A stretch of 64,000 nt of DNA from Candidatus Poribacteria bacterium (GCA_965198175.1 OZ240245.1:4672001-4736000); one strand, 5' to 3'; shown: positions 50,163-60,658, counted from the first letter of the stretch. Numbers and translations are program-made. Notes: generated from the letters alone by a model not told the origin.

Positions 50163-50446
50163 TACTGATATAGCAACAGAGATACTGTGAAATGCGTGTG
50201 TTACTCGATGCCACAATACGAGAGATGCAAAAAGGCGGCACCGTCCATTGCAGGAACACATCTCAGAAATGGGAAAATGTATGCACATTGTAACAGCGAT
50301 TGACCGACAGGCGACACCACAGGAGTAATCAACAAAACGTCCATCAAAAAAGTATCTGGAGAATTCAAAGGCATAAGAAGCTAACTCTTCTAAATCATCA
50401 AGGCTAGGGAAGATTTTGTATCAATGAAGTAAAGGAGGTAAATATC

Positions 50447-51241
50447 ATGCGTGTTAGTGACCACGTCTACATGGTAGGCAGTGACCAATTTGCGCTAAGC
50501 TATCCCCTTGACTGCAATTGTTATCTGATTGATGGCGGTTCGGCGTTGGGGTTGGTGGATACGGGGTTGGGTATGGGTGTGGATGATATCATGGCAAATA
50601 TTGTTGCCGAAGGCTTCGACCCAAAGTTATTAACTCACATACTGATCACGCACTCCCATTTGGGGCATTGGGGCGGCGCCGATGCACTTCGCGAACGAAC
50701 AGGTGCCCAAGTATGGGTGCATACACTGGGAGCGAGTTTAATGGAAAGTGTTGACGGCGACCCCGCGATTGAACTTAACTTTAAGTATGGTCGCTATCCG
50801 TCTGAGTTTGAGCCACGCGCATGCCAAACCGATTCGACATTTAATGATGGAGAACGGATACAGATTGGAGACATTGAGGTGGAGGCTATACTAGTGCAAG
50901 GCCACACGAAGGACGCCACCTGTTTTTCATTCAGCGATAATGGCAAGCGAGCACTATGTACGGGAGATACAGTATTTTACGCTGGAAAGCTGGGCTTGTT
51001 GAATCTGGACGGATTTAGCATGGCAGACTACCGACGCGACATCCATAAACTTGCCAACCTAAATGTTGATTTGCTATTGCCCGGTCACGGTGTATTCGTA
51101 CTCAGGGGCGGGCAAAAACACATCAAACGGGCAATACATAAGCTCGGCGATTTTGTACTGCCGGAAACATTTTTTGAAGTCAACGAGTTTACGTGGGATC
51201 GCGATTATCTTCAGATTATGACCGATCAAAGGAGCGATTAG
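50447..51241 (+). CDS. Metallo-beta-lactamase fold protein
   Basis: LVDTG, THSHLGH, GHT, TGD and LLPGHG motifs. Confidence 0.88.
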   Translation: MRVSDHVYMVGSDQFALSYPLDCNCYLIDGGSALGLVDTGLGMGVDDIMANIVAEGFDPKLLTHILITHSHLGHWGGADALRERTGAQVWVHTLGASLMESVDGDPAIELNFKYGRYPSEFEPRACQTDSTFNDGERIQIGDIEVEAILVQGHTKDATCFSFSDNGKRALCTGDTVFYAGKLGLLNLDGFSMADYRRDIHKLANLNVDLLLPGHGVFVLRGGQKHIKRAIHKLGDFVLPETFFEVNEFTWDRDYLQIMTDQRSD

Positions 51242-51267
51242 CGACTGCGATAGGCTTCTCTTCAGGT

Positions 51268-51300
51268 TGTAGGTTGAGTTTCGCCGTTGGCTCAACCTAC
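51268..51300. repeat. GTAG-ended palindrome (REP-like)
   Basis: GTAGGTTGAG...CTCAACCTAC. Confidence 0.75.
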
Positions 51301-51394
51301 AAGGACTTTAGAGTACGGAGCACGAAGTCCCTCAATATCTAGGTCGAGACTGTAACGGTCAAGTTTTTGTACCGCAAAATTGAAGGAGGAAAGT

Positions 51395-52189
51395 GTGGAC
51401 AGCGGACTGAAAGGGAAGACCGCCCTCGTTACGGGCGGCGGTACAGGAATCGGCCGCGCGCTTGCGCTTGCGCTCGCTCAAGAGGGTGTAGATGTTGCGA
51501 TTGCTAGCCGAAACCCGCCATTAGAAACGCGGAAAGAAATTGAAGCGTGCGGTGTTCGGGCAGTTTCCATTCGAGCAGACGTGAGTCAAGAAGAACAGGT
51601 GGTTGAAATGGTTTCACAAGTCATTGACACCTTCGGACATCTAGATCTCTACGTCAACAACGCCGCTTGGGCATGGCACCAACCGTTTACCAAAATAACG
51701 ACTGAATCATGGATGAAGACGATTAACACTAACCTATCAGCCTGCATTTGGGCAACCCGTGAAGTTGGGAAGCACATGATTGCCCGCAGGAAGGGGTGCA
51801 TTTTAATCGTTGGATCGACCGCTCAATTTAATCGATCCTTCACAGAAACATCCTACCACATCTCCAAGACCGGAATCCGGGTGTTGATGGAGAGTCTTAC
51901 CACCGAATTGGCGCCCTATGGCATCCGTGTCAATCTTCTGGTGCCCGGTCACTATCCCACACGTCTCACTGCAGGAATTACTGAGACACAGGAGCAGATC
52001 CTGAAAGGCGAAATTCCGCTGCGCCGGTTCGGAAAACCAGAGGAATTGGGTCCTGCAGCGGTGTTATTGCTCTCTGACAAATTGAGTGCCTACACCACTG
52101 GGAGCCAGTTGGTGGTTGATGGAGGACTGCATCTGCGTCCGCTTCGGTTCAATAGTGATGAGGAGCTTCGGGCGCTGAACGAGCCGTAG
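51395..52189 (+). CDS. SDR family oxidoreductase
   Basis: TGGGTGIG, NNA, YHISK and VDGG motifs; GTG start after AGGAGG. Confidence 0.93.
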   Translation: MDSGLKGKTALVTGGGTGIGRALALALAQEGVDVAIASRNPPLETRKEIEACGVRAVSIRADVSQEEQVVEMVSQVIDTFGHLDLYVNNAAWAWHQPFTKITTESWMKTINTNLSACIWATREVGKHMIARRKGCILIVGSTAQFNRSFTETSYHISKTGIRVLMESLTTELAPYGIRVNLLVPGHYPTRLTAGITETQEQILKGEIPLRRFGKPEELGPAAVLLLSDKLSAYTTGSQLVVDGGLHLRPLRFNSDEELRALNEP

Positions 52190-52289
52190 CGAGATCCGCC
52201 ATTTCAGGTGAATGCTTCCACCTCTGAAACTCAAAAATCGAGTCAGCGCACAAAAAAGGGATCAACTGAGCGAATGAGGAAAAGGTTCA

Positions 52290-52470
52290 TTCCCCTCCTT
52301 ATCAAGGAGGGGCTAGGGGAGGTCGTAGGTTGGCTTTAACGGTGTTGAGCGATCGAAGGAACGAATAGCCACTGCGATAGATTACGGGAAACTATCGCCT
52401 AACATCTCTTTGAAGAACTATCGCACTCACAATTCGTTCGCTTGATCTATTCGCTCGGTTGATCGATAGT
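52290..52470. repeat. Stacked extragenic repeats between convergent genes
   Basis: CCCCTCCTTATCAAGGAGGGGCTAGGGGAGG hairpin (same type as 2206), then GTAGGTTGG and a GCGATAG/CTATCGC element related to 3240-3366. Confidence 0.65.
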
Positions 52471-52472
52471 CT

Positions 52473-54332
52473 TTACCAAGGAACTTCTGCGTCGGGCACG
52501 TGGTAAATGGCGCGCTTCAACGGCGCACTTTTGTCGCGCTGCATGTTCTCACGCTGGTAGGTTGGAGAGATGGTGCCGTTGGGGGAAATGTCCACAACCG
52601 TATCGCCCTGCCAAGTAAGCGTGTAGATTTGTCCGGCGAAGAACTTCTCTTCGACATTCTCCCGTTGCGGAAAGGTTATCGTCACCTTCCGGTCGGGTTT
52701 TAAGCCCGTAAGCCGCACAAAGCCATCCTGCCAGTCGCCCGCTGACACGTCTACTAGCCGGTCATCGACCATAACAGACACCTCGCCTTTGCTCACCCAA
52801 TCAGGAACACGGACGGAGAGAACCGACGCGTCGTGGACGAAGAGTTCTACTTTTCCTTCGTACGGCATGTGGCTATTGACTCGAACCCATTTCGAATCCC
52901 GATTCAGAAGAAGATTCACGCTTACACCGTTCGCATCTTGAGTCACGATATTGTGCCAAACGATGTAGAGGGCCTCAGCCCCGGAGACACAGCAGTGCAT
53001 AATCTGTTGGCTTCCTTTGCGGCTCATCCGCTTCCCAACCCAGTCGTTTGGGTCACTCCACCCGGCAAAGCCGCCGAATATCCTTTCAGGAACCTCCCGA
53101 TATGTCCTTCTCGGCGTCTCATCCGGGCGCGGTCCGCGGCTCTTTACCCAACTCGTGTCTTGCAACTGGCTTTCAACAAGATGATTTCTTGCCGCGCGTT
53201 CGACGTTGTTCCAATACTCGGGGTAACCGCCCTTAGCCAGAAGCGTGCCCATCAACAGCATGCTTCGAATGCAACAGGTCTCACAACCCGCGACTCCCGA
53301 ATAGCCCGTGAAGAAGAGACTTTCAGGGTACCAACCGATGCCACCACTGAAGCTTTCGACATAGTCGAAAAGGTTCTTGCACCATTGAATCAGTTCTCGA
53401 TTCCCCGTCGCTATGGCGAACCTAAGGACGCCTGCCGCAGGTCTTATCTTCGACTCGACATGACCGTTTGGATCCCATCCGGGTTCATAACCTGGAGGGA
53501 TTTCTCCTTGAGGTGTGGGGATGAAGCTTCCATCACTTTGAACCTGCGATGATTCGTGTACAAACCAGTTTGTCAATCGGTCGGCAAGGACTCGCGCCGG
53601 ATGGCTTTCGGTCATCTCGTACCATCTGGCGAGTGGGTCGATTAGGTAATGGTCATTCGATTTCTCAAGCGCCTTGATATCCCTTTCAATCATGCCCTTG
53701 ACCGCTTCATCTCCTGAGAGGGCATACCAAGTGATGAAGCTATCCAAGGCATAAGCGGGCTGTGTTCCATGACCCACTATAGCTCCGTTCGGTTGGATAA
53801 AGCCCATCATTAACTCCTTTAAGATGTTCTCCTCTTCAAGATACTTCTCAATACCGAGCATACTGCGAGCTTGTATGATGGCGCCCATGCCGATCGAGGC
53901 CACATCGTCCCCGACCACGTGTTCCATGAGAGGGTGGTCGGCATTAAGAATCACATTGTGATAAGGCTGGCCCGTGACAACGGGAAAAACTGCCCCGGGT
54001 GCACCTTTGTATCGACCAAGTCCCCTGAGGTCCATGTTGCCTTTTAGATAGTTCAAAGCGAGTTTCGCATGATTGGCTAAGTCGAGCGTATCGGCTGCTA
54101 TGACCCCTTTTTCATCCCCGTCGTTCAGGAGTCTAACCTCCTCTTGCGTTATCAGTTTCTCCTTCACTGCGGAGTTGGGATCCAAAGCGATTTGCTCGCC
54201 GTTTCCCTTTGACACAAGAATGGCGGTGGCCGCACAAGCCACAAACCACATCAAAAAACTCCGCCGAGATATCGGAAGATTGAATGGCAAATTTTTTCTT
54301 GATGGCACGGGCATCTGTTTTTCCTCTCTCAT
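52473..54332 (-). CDS. Tat-exported GH127-like (beta-L-arabinofuranosidase-like) protein
   Basis: SRRSFL twin-arginine signal; CETCC and HCC cysteine motifs; PYEGKV..VRVPDW beta-sandwich. Confidence 0.7.
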   Translation of the reverse strand: MREEKQMPVPSRKNLPFNLPISRRSFLMWFVACAATAILVSKGNGEQIALDPNSAVKEKLITQEEVRLLNDGDEKGVIAADTLDLANHAKLALNYLKGNMDLRGLGRYKGAPGAVFPVVTGQPYHNVILNADHPLMEHVVGDDVASIGMGAIIQARSMLGIEKYLEEENILKELMMGFIQPNGAIVGHGTQPAYALDSFITWYALSGDEAVKGMIERDIKALEKSNDHYLIDPLARWYEMTESHPARVLADRLTNWFVHESSQVQSDGSFIPTPQGEIPPGYEPGWDPNGHVESKIRPAAGVLRFAIATGNRELIQWCKNLFDYVESFSGGIGWYPESLFFTGYSGVAGCETCCIRSMLLMGTLLAKGGYPEYWNNVERAARNHLVESQLQDTSWVKSRGPRPDETPRRTYREVPERIFGGFAGWSDPNDWVGKRMSRKGSQQIMHCCVSGAEALYIVWHNIVTQDANGVSVNLLLNRDSKWVRVNSHMPYEGKVELFVHDASVLSVRVPDWVSKGEVSVMVDDRLVDVSAGDWQDGFVRLTGLKPDRKVTITFPQRENVEEKFFAGQIYTLTWQGDTVVDISPNGTISPTYQRENMQRDKSAPLKRAIYHVPDAEVPW

Positions 54333-54556
54333 TTGGAAGCAGGTTTACTCATTCGTAAGGGCGGGAGCACAGGATTCTATGGATAAAGTGCAATATATCA
54401 TATAACCTTCTGCCCAAAAATACAAGAAAATAGTGCGGCGTAGCAGGGATATCGCATCTTAAAGTTTTTGCTTGACACAGATGCGTATATCCATAAAATA
54501 AGATGAAAGTGACATCGTGCAACTCCTCTGTGGGAACTAACTCTTGATTTAGGAGC

Positions 54557-56320
54557 GTGTCTGTGCAAACGAGTCCAATCACAGCGAATCCATCTCAAAT
54601 CATGATTGAGCAGCTCGCGGCATCAGGGGTGAAGTATGTGTTCAATAACTCCGGGTCACGCGAGGCGCGCTTTTTCGATGCGTTGCATGCGCATCCGGAT
54701 ATACACGGTATCCTAGCACTCCATGAGGGAAGCGTTGCGGCTATGGCTGGCGGTTACACGCAGGTCAAGCTGGATGCGGCAGTCATGGTGGTTCATCTTG
54801 GAGCCGGATTGGCGCAATGCTTGGGACAGCTTATCAACATCTGGAGCGGTAAGCTGCCCGTTGTCGTCATCACGTTTGCGGGTGACACCGGTAGCTATAT
54901 GGATAAAATCGAACTGGATTTTGATCATAGCTTTGGGCCAACGTCAATCTCCGCGCCTTTCACCAAAGCGAACTGGACGGTGATTGAACCCGATGGACTG
55001 CCGCAAGCCATCCATCGCGCCCTACGGGTGGCAAAAACGCCGCCGGTCGGTCCTGTACATCTCGCCGTTTACGATCGGCTGCTGCATGACCAGCAGGTGA
55101 CCACGAACATTATAGAAGGAGACATCCCCAATCTCCGCGCTGGCTATCCGGCTGACAACGACGTAGAAGCGGTTGTGCGAGCGCTGCGCAACGCTGAGCG
55201 TCCGCTGCTTTATATCGGGGATGGTGTATGGAAAAGCGGTGCAGGAATTCATGCCGCCGCAATTGCAGAGCATTTCGGTATTCCCATTGCCGGTGATATG
55301 CGAGGCGTTTCAATTAAACATAAGCTGCATTGCGGACGGTTCGATCAAGCGGGAAAGTTTCTCAATCCGGATGTCATTGTCTGTATCGGTGTACGTCATA
55401 GCGGGACTGGGCATCCCCGGGATTTCAGCACATTTTCCGCAGCGAAAGAGATTATCGCCATTGGCTCAGATATCGAACATGTCAAGAATACCCAAAGCGT
55501 TGATCTGGTAATTTTGGCGGACGAATGCCGAACGCTTGAGCGTCTCAAAGAATTGGCGATGAAGGAATTTACAAGAGATTACTTTGAAGCACCGCGTGCG
55601 AGGGCGCAGCAGCAGGCTACTGCACTCCGTGCGCAGCGTAGGCAGGCTGCACAGCGCGTTGAACTGCGGACCGGAACAGTACGCCCATGGATACTAGCCG
55701 ATGCCCTGGATGAAGCGTTGGAACGCCTGGGCGGCGGGCTTGTCATGATTGAGCAGTTTGCGGTGCCCTTGGATAGTATAGGCGGGACGGATAAAACCAA
55801 CAATACCGTGTATATCCGACCCGCTGGCGGCTCGGAAGGCTACGGCGTTGGCGGGACAATCGGCGTGAAGCTCGCTGCGCCGGATAAGCCTGTTGTTGGG
55901 TTGGTCGGAGATGGATCGATGTTCTATGCGGATTCAGGGCTATGGACAGCAGCGCATCACGGTATTCCTGTCCTCTACATTATATCGAACAACCAATCCT
56001 ATGGCGTTGTCGCTAACCTCTTTTCGAAAACGGATGGAACCACTATGCAGCGGACCGGCAAATATGCCGGCGTAGTTTTAGATGGAGCTGATCCGGTGAA
56101 GCTTGCGGACGGATTTGGGGTAGCCGGTATGCACGTACAGGATGAATCTCGCCTTCACCAAGCAATTGCCCATGGACTGGAAGTAGTCGAGGGAGAAGGA
56201 CGCCCATTTCTCTTAAATGTCCATCTGCCGCTTGGGCTCCCAAAAGGCGGTCGAGCTGCAACGCCATTCTGCCTCTCGGATGCTGGGACAAATTCAGAAT
56301 CAGATTCAGAAATGAGTTGA
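54557..56320 (+). CDS. Thiamine-pyrophosphate enzyme (benzoylformate decarboxylase/acetolactate synthase-like)
   Basis: GVKYVF, LHE...MAGGY, PVGPVHL and GDGS...NNQSY motifs. Confidence 0.88.
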   Translation: MSVQTSPITANPSQIMIEQLAASGVKYVFNNSGSREARFFDALHAHPDIHGILALHEGSVAAMAGGYTQVKLDAAVMVVHLGAGLAQCLGQLINIWSGKLPVVVITFAGDTGSYMDKIELDFDHSFGPTSISAPFTKANWTVIEPDGLPQAIHRALRVAKTPPVGPVHLAVYDRLLHDQQVTTNIIEGDIPNLRAGYPADNDVEAVVRALRNAERPLLYIGDGVWKSGAGIHAAAIAEHFGIPIAGDMRGVSIKHKLHCGRFDQAGKFLNPDVIVCIGVRHSGTGHPRDFSTFSAAKEIIAIGSDIEHVKNTQSVDLVILADECRTLERLKELAMKEFTRDYFEAPRARAQQQATALRAQRRQAAQRVELRTGTVRPWILADALDEALERLGGGLVMIEQFAVPLDSIGGTDKTNNTVYIRPAGGSEGYGVGGTIGVKLAAPDKPVVGLVGDGSMFYADSGLWTAAHHGIPVLYIISNNQSYGVVANLFSKTDGTTMQRTGKYAGVVLDGADPVKLADGFGVAGMHVQDESRLHQAIAHGLEVVEGEGRPFLLNVHLPLGLPKGGRAATPFCLSDAGTNSESDSEMS

Positions 56321-56618
56321 CGCATTGAGGCGTATCAACAGCTTTTTTATCATGCTTTTTCAATAAAATTGAGATTGTCACGATTGGAATTCTGACGACT
56401 ATGTCCATGTGCAGTTAAAAAGCTCCCCGAATTTCCCTGAAAATCATGCAGATTTTGTTGCGCTCCGGTTTTGCATGCTGATAATCGCATCAACTAATTT
56501 ATGCGGTCCAAAGTGGATAACATCTGTGGCTGGTAAGCTTGCTTCCCGCGATTTATTCGACGCAATTTAGAAGTTCCGCGTATACACATCCCCCCCAACA
56601 AATCACAAGAGGGCAACG

Positions 56619-57407
56619 ATGAACCGCAAATTGAGTTTCGGCATATCCATCGCCTTGTTGTGCATTATCGGCATCGGTGTTTATCTGTGGCACGACATAA
56701 CAACTTTTAAGAAGTCACTTTCCTCTGACCCCAAAATTGAAGGGAAACAAGAGCGAACAGATCGCGTAACCGCAACGGCGACTGAGACAACCCCTGTTGA
56801 GACACCAGAGCAGGTAGATCGAGAAATCAGCGAGATTATTGAGCATCTCGAAGCACGTCATGCACCGGAACCGGCGGGAGAAGATGAAGAAGATCCAACG
56901 GAGCAACTAGCAGACCCTGAAGCGGCTGCGTGGGCACGCCTCGAATATATTTCCCAAAACCCTCAAGAGTGGGGCGACCTATCGCCGCAGGCGACTGAGT
57001 TGATGGCACAATTGACACCAACACGGCACTTAAGGACCGAAGGTGATATGGAAGAAACTATAGTATTGCTCGATGAGCTTGGCGAACTTCAAGACCCCCG
57101 TTCTGCAGAAATATTTGCGAATTATCTTAGTGAAAGTGAGCTCTGGGGAAGGTCCATGGAAGAGGCTTTAATTGCGATCGGGCCGTCATCTGTCCCACTG
57201 CTAATTCCCTTGTTGGATGACAAGGATAGATTCTTGAGAAGAAAGAGAGCCACTAAATTATTAGGCATAATTGGTTCTGAATATCAACCGGAACTGGGCG
57301 GTGCGGTGGAATACATCCTCCTTCCCAAACTGGAGCAGATGGCAACATCGGATCCCCATCCAAGAGTTCGACAGTACGCCAGTGAAGCAGTTGCCCGTCT
57401 GAGATAA
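56619..57407 (+). CDS. Membrane-anchored HEAT-repeat protein, copy 1
   Basis: N-terminal TM, acidic linker, LGELQDPRS, ALIAIG..SVPLLIPLL and DPHPRVRQYASEA. Confidence 0.8.
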   Translation: MNRKLSFGISIALLCIIGIGVYLWHDITTFKKSLSSDPKIEGKQERTDRVTATATETTPVETPEQVDREISEIIEHLEARHAPEPAGEDEEDPTEQLADPEAAAWARLEYISQNPQEWGDLSPQATELMAQLTPTRHLRTEGDMEETIVLLDELGELQDPRSAEIFANYLSESELWGRSMEEALIAIGPSSVPLLIPLLDDKDRFLRRKRATKLLGIIGSEYQPELGGAVEYILLPKLEQMATSDPHPRVRQYASEAVARLR

Positions 57408-57413
57408 ACCGTC

Positions 57414-58220
57414 ATGCGCCCATATAATAAACCGATTGTCATCTTGGTGACTCTTATTGTTGTGGGGTTGGGCATCGGGGTCGTCATGTTCAGTTATCGG
57501 CATCAAGACACTACTGTTGCTCCCAAAATTAAAGGAGAACAAGAGCCAATAGATCGTGTCTCCTCAACGGTGCCCGAGACGGGTGAACTTCGTGAAAGCT
57601 CAGAGGAGTCAGCTCCCGTTGAAACGGCAGAGCGGGTTGAACGTGAAATCAGCGAGATTATTGAACATCTCGAAGCACGTCATGCACCGGAACCGGCGGG
57701 AGAAGATGAAGAAGATCCAACGGAGCAACTAGCAGACCCTGAAGCGGCTGCGTGGGCACGCCTCGAATATATTTCCCAAAACCCTCAAGAGTGGGGCGAC
57801 CTATCGCCGCAGGCGACTGAGTTGATGGCACAATTGACACCAACATGGGCAATAAGTACTGAGGGCGAGGGAGAGAAAGCTATTCATCTGCTGAAAAAGC
57901 TTGGCAAACTCCGAGATCCACGTGCGGCTGAATTATTCGTGAATTATATGTCACGTGTTAAGGGGAAGCGTATACGAAACACCTTGATGGCAATTGGACC
58001 GCCAGCCGTGTTGCCGTTGATTCCAATTTTAGCGAATCAAGACTCTACTAACAGAGGTGCAGCCGCTAGGATATTGGGCGCCATCGGCTCCGAGCATCGG
58101 CAAGATCTCGGAGGTGCGGTCGAATACATCCTCCTTCCCAAATTGGAGAAGTTAGCAACATCTGATCCCGAGCCAAGAGTTAGGCAGTATGCGAGTGAAG
58201 CAGTTTCCCAACTGAGATAA
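57414..58220 (+). CDS. Membrane-anchored HEAT-repeat protein, copy 2
   Basis: Tandem paralog sharing a near-identical 200-bp block with copy 1. Confidence 0.8.
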   Translation: MRPYNKPIVILVTLIVVGLGIGVVMFSYRHQDTTVAPKIKGEQEPIDRVSSTVPETGELRESSEESAPVETAERVEREISEIIEHLEARHAPEPAGEDEEDPTEQLADPEAAAWARLEYISQNPQEWGDLSPQATELMAQLTPTWAISTEGEGEKAIHLLKKLGKLRDPRAAELFVNYMSRVKGKRIRNTLMAIGPPAVLPLIPILANQDSTNRGAAARILGAIGSEHRQDLGGAVEYILLPKLEKLATSDPEPRVRQYASEAVSQLR

Positions 58221-58317
58221 ACCATCATGCTTCCATATAGACTAAAACTCGCTTGCGATTCTGAGTTTAATCATGTCTTATTAACTTTCGCTTTCCTCGC
58301 TTTAAGCATCAGTTTTT

Positions 58318-58402
58318 GTAGGTTGGGTTGAGCGGGTAATTCCAAAACCGTTCCGAGCACCAAACATCGCACTTGGCGAAATAGATGTAGCGAAACCCAA
58401 CG
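58318..58402 (+). repeat. Long-loop GTAG REP
   Basis: GTAGGTTGGGTTGAGCGG...GTAGCGAAACCCAACG. Confidence 0.7.
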
Positions 58403-58424
58403 CTCTTAAAACGTCCGGACGACC

Positions 58425-59253
58425 AAAAAGCGTTGGGGAGACAAACCTGAATGCCCCCGGTCAGGTTGTAAATCTAATCGCGTTGCACGGAAACAAGACC
58501 GTGGACGTATCGGCGAATGGAATTGCCACCAGTGTAAATCAACATTCAATGTTATGACGGGCACCCTATTTCAGGGAACACGAATTGAACTCCAAAAATG
58601 GTTCTTAGCTATCAGCCTTATAGCAAACGCCAAAAAGAGTATATCAAGTCATCAACTCGCCCGCGACTTGGACCTTACACAAACCACAGCACTGTACATG
58701 CAACAACGAATCCGCGCTGAAATGGGACGCAAATCATCCAAATTACTGCAAGGCATCATCGAAGCAGATGAAGTATACATCGGCGGAAAACCACGTAAAG
58801 GAAATCGAAGAAAAGACGATCCACCAAACAAACGAGGACGCGGAACAAAAAAAACCCCAGTCCTCGGAGCAGTAGAACGAGGCGGTAATGTACAAGCCCG
58901 TGTGCAAACAGATTTAGGCAGTAGAAGCATTCTAGAGTTTCTGAAGGATAAGATAAACCCCAAGGATTCCGAGTTAATTACAGACGAATACAGGGCTTAC
59001 AGAGTCATACGCCCACTTATACCACACAAAGTAATCAATCATCAGGAAAAATATGTTGACGGCGATGTTCATACCAACACCATTGAGGGATTCTGGGCAT
59101 TACTCAAACGCGCTTGGTACGGAACACACCACCATTACAAGAAAAAATACACGCCACTATACGTCATAGAGGCATGTTGGAAATACAATCATCGAAATAC
59201 TAAAAACTGTTTCGATGTGTTTATCCGAGGGTGCTTTGCATAAACCCATAGCC
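58425..59253 (+). mobile_element. IS1595-family element, truncated at the left end
   Basis: In-frame Zn ribbon RWGDKPECP..C..WNCHQC upstream of ATG 58554; EADEVY, ITDEY and HTNTIEGFW; likely right end CCCATAGCC at 59253; TAA at 58407 and no left IR seen. Confidence 0.88.
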
Positions 59254-59493
59254 CCCTCGGATAGCCAGCTTAAAAGCACCTACAAGCCAAAGCAACCCAA
59301 AAAAACCCCCCCCATAATATCCCTCCAATACAACAATCATTTTATCAATTTGGGCTCAACCATAAAGCCCATTCGTGTTTATTATGATCGCCTATTGGAA
59401 ACATATTGTCAACCAGAAATTACGCATTACAGCCTAAATTATACAAGCAACCAGCCACTCTGTTAAGCGATTAAGTTTTCATTACGAAACATA

Positions 59494-59835
59494 ATGGTGC
59501 ATGTCACTGGCGATAAATACGGCGGCGGTAGTGTCACTGCCTATGGCATAGACAAGAGTTCGTCAGCATCGCTCGATATCGATGAACACGGCGGACGTAT
59601 CGGTGCCTTCGGCAAAGATGGGAAATCGCAGGCGGGACTCTTTAGCGGTAATTATGGCGGAGGTGTCGCTGTCTCGGACAAAGATAGGAAATTGGGGGCG
59701 GGGCTCGGTATCGTTGAATATGGCGGTTTTGTCGATGTCTTTGGCAAAGTTGGCAAAGGCAAGGCGGTTATGGTTATAAACGAATACGGCGACGGTATGG
59801 TGAGCACTTGGGACAAGAATGGCTATCGACAGTAA
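59494..59835 (+). CDS. Gly-rich beta-repeat protein (probably 5' truncated)
   Basis: About 22-aa repeats of the form (E/D)xGGxVxxFGKDGK; lacks the signal region present in the next paralog. Confidence 0.6.
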   Translation: MVHVTGDKYGGGSVTAYGIDKSSSASLDIDEHGGRIGAFGKDGKSQAGLFSGNYGGGVAVSDKDRKLGAGLGIVEYGGFVDVFGKVGKGKAVMVINEYGDGMVSTWDKNGYRQ

Positions 59836-59847
59836 AGAGGATTTTAC

Positions 59848-60300
59848 ATGTTTAGGATTCAGAATTGGAAGCAAGCACTTTGTTTAATGGCGTTGGGTAG
59901 TGTGTTCACGATAGTCGGGATGTTGTTTGCGGTTGGGATGCTGTCTCCCGTGACGGCGCAAAATGATAAGTTTGACACGATTCAGTGTTCTAGGCTAGAG
60001 GTTGTTGACGCGGACGGGATAACGAGGGTGATACTCACAACCGGTGAAAGCGGCGGGTGGGGCGCTGCCTTTGGCAAAGATGGTAAATCGCGGGTCGGGC
60101 GCGCTATCGGGGAGTATGGCGGCCGTGTCGATGCCTTCGGCAAAGATGGGAAAGTGGCGTTGCTCAGTACCGATGAGCATGGCGGCGTTGTCGGTACTTT
60201 TGACAAAGATGGAAAATTGGGGGTGGTTCTCAGTATCGGTGAAAATGGCGGGCATGGCGGCATCATGGACAAAAACGGAAGGTATAAAGCCATCAACTGA
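59848..60300 (+). CDS. Secreted/anchored Gly-rich beta-repeat protein
   Basis: Hydrophobic N-terminus, IQCSRLEVVDADG and GGRVDAFGKDGK repeats; GAGG RBS. Confidence 0.7.
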   Translation: MFRIQNWKQALCLMALGSVFTIVGMLFAVGMLSPVTAQNDKFDTIQCSRLEVVDADGITRVILTTGESGGWGAAFGKDGKSRVGRAIGEYGGRVDAFGKDGKVALLSTDEHGGVVGTFDKDGKLGVVLSIGENGGHGGIMDKNGRYKAIN

Positions 60301-60658
60301 GTTAGGCGTTTCTACTGGCTAGAAGTTTCTGCTAAGTGGAGATGGGAAAATGGTAGACCTGAAACCGATGACGAGGCAAGAGTTGATAGACACGATAATT
60401 GAATACAAGCCCCTAGGCGTTGTGTTCGTATGCTCAAGAGATTTGAGACGGAACATCTTCAACGAATATACGAAGTGGAGGAAGCTTATAATTCAAACCC
60501 AAGCGCAGAGAACCTTTTTGAAGTGATGGGATTGTATGACCCGGAAATTCGCTATTGTAGAGATGGCTGCCCCAACAGCAAATACGGCAAACTGAAAACC
60601 CTTGACTAAAGGCAGCGGAAAAGCAGCGGACAATGACTAGTGGTCAGTAAAAACTGCA

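Noticed and set aside
48632..56320. Phosphonate biosynthesis (PEP mutase + phosphonopyruvate decarboxylase)
   Set aside because: The ICL-family protein lacks EDKxxxxxNS, and the TPP enzyme is a 587-aa three-domain type rather than Ppd-like.
60349..60608. Possible small frameshifted gene (MVDLKPMTRQELIDTIIEYK...)
   Set aside because: Under 60 codons per frame with no recognisable homology.
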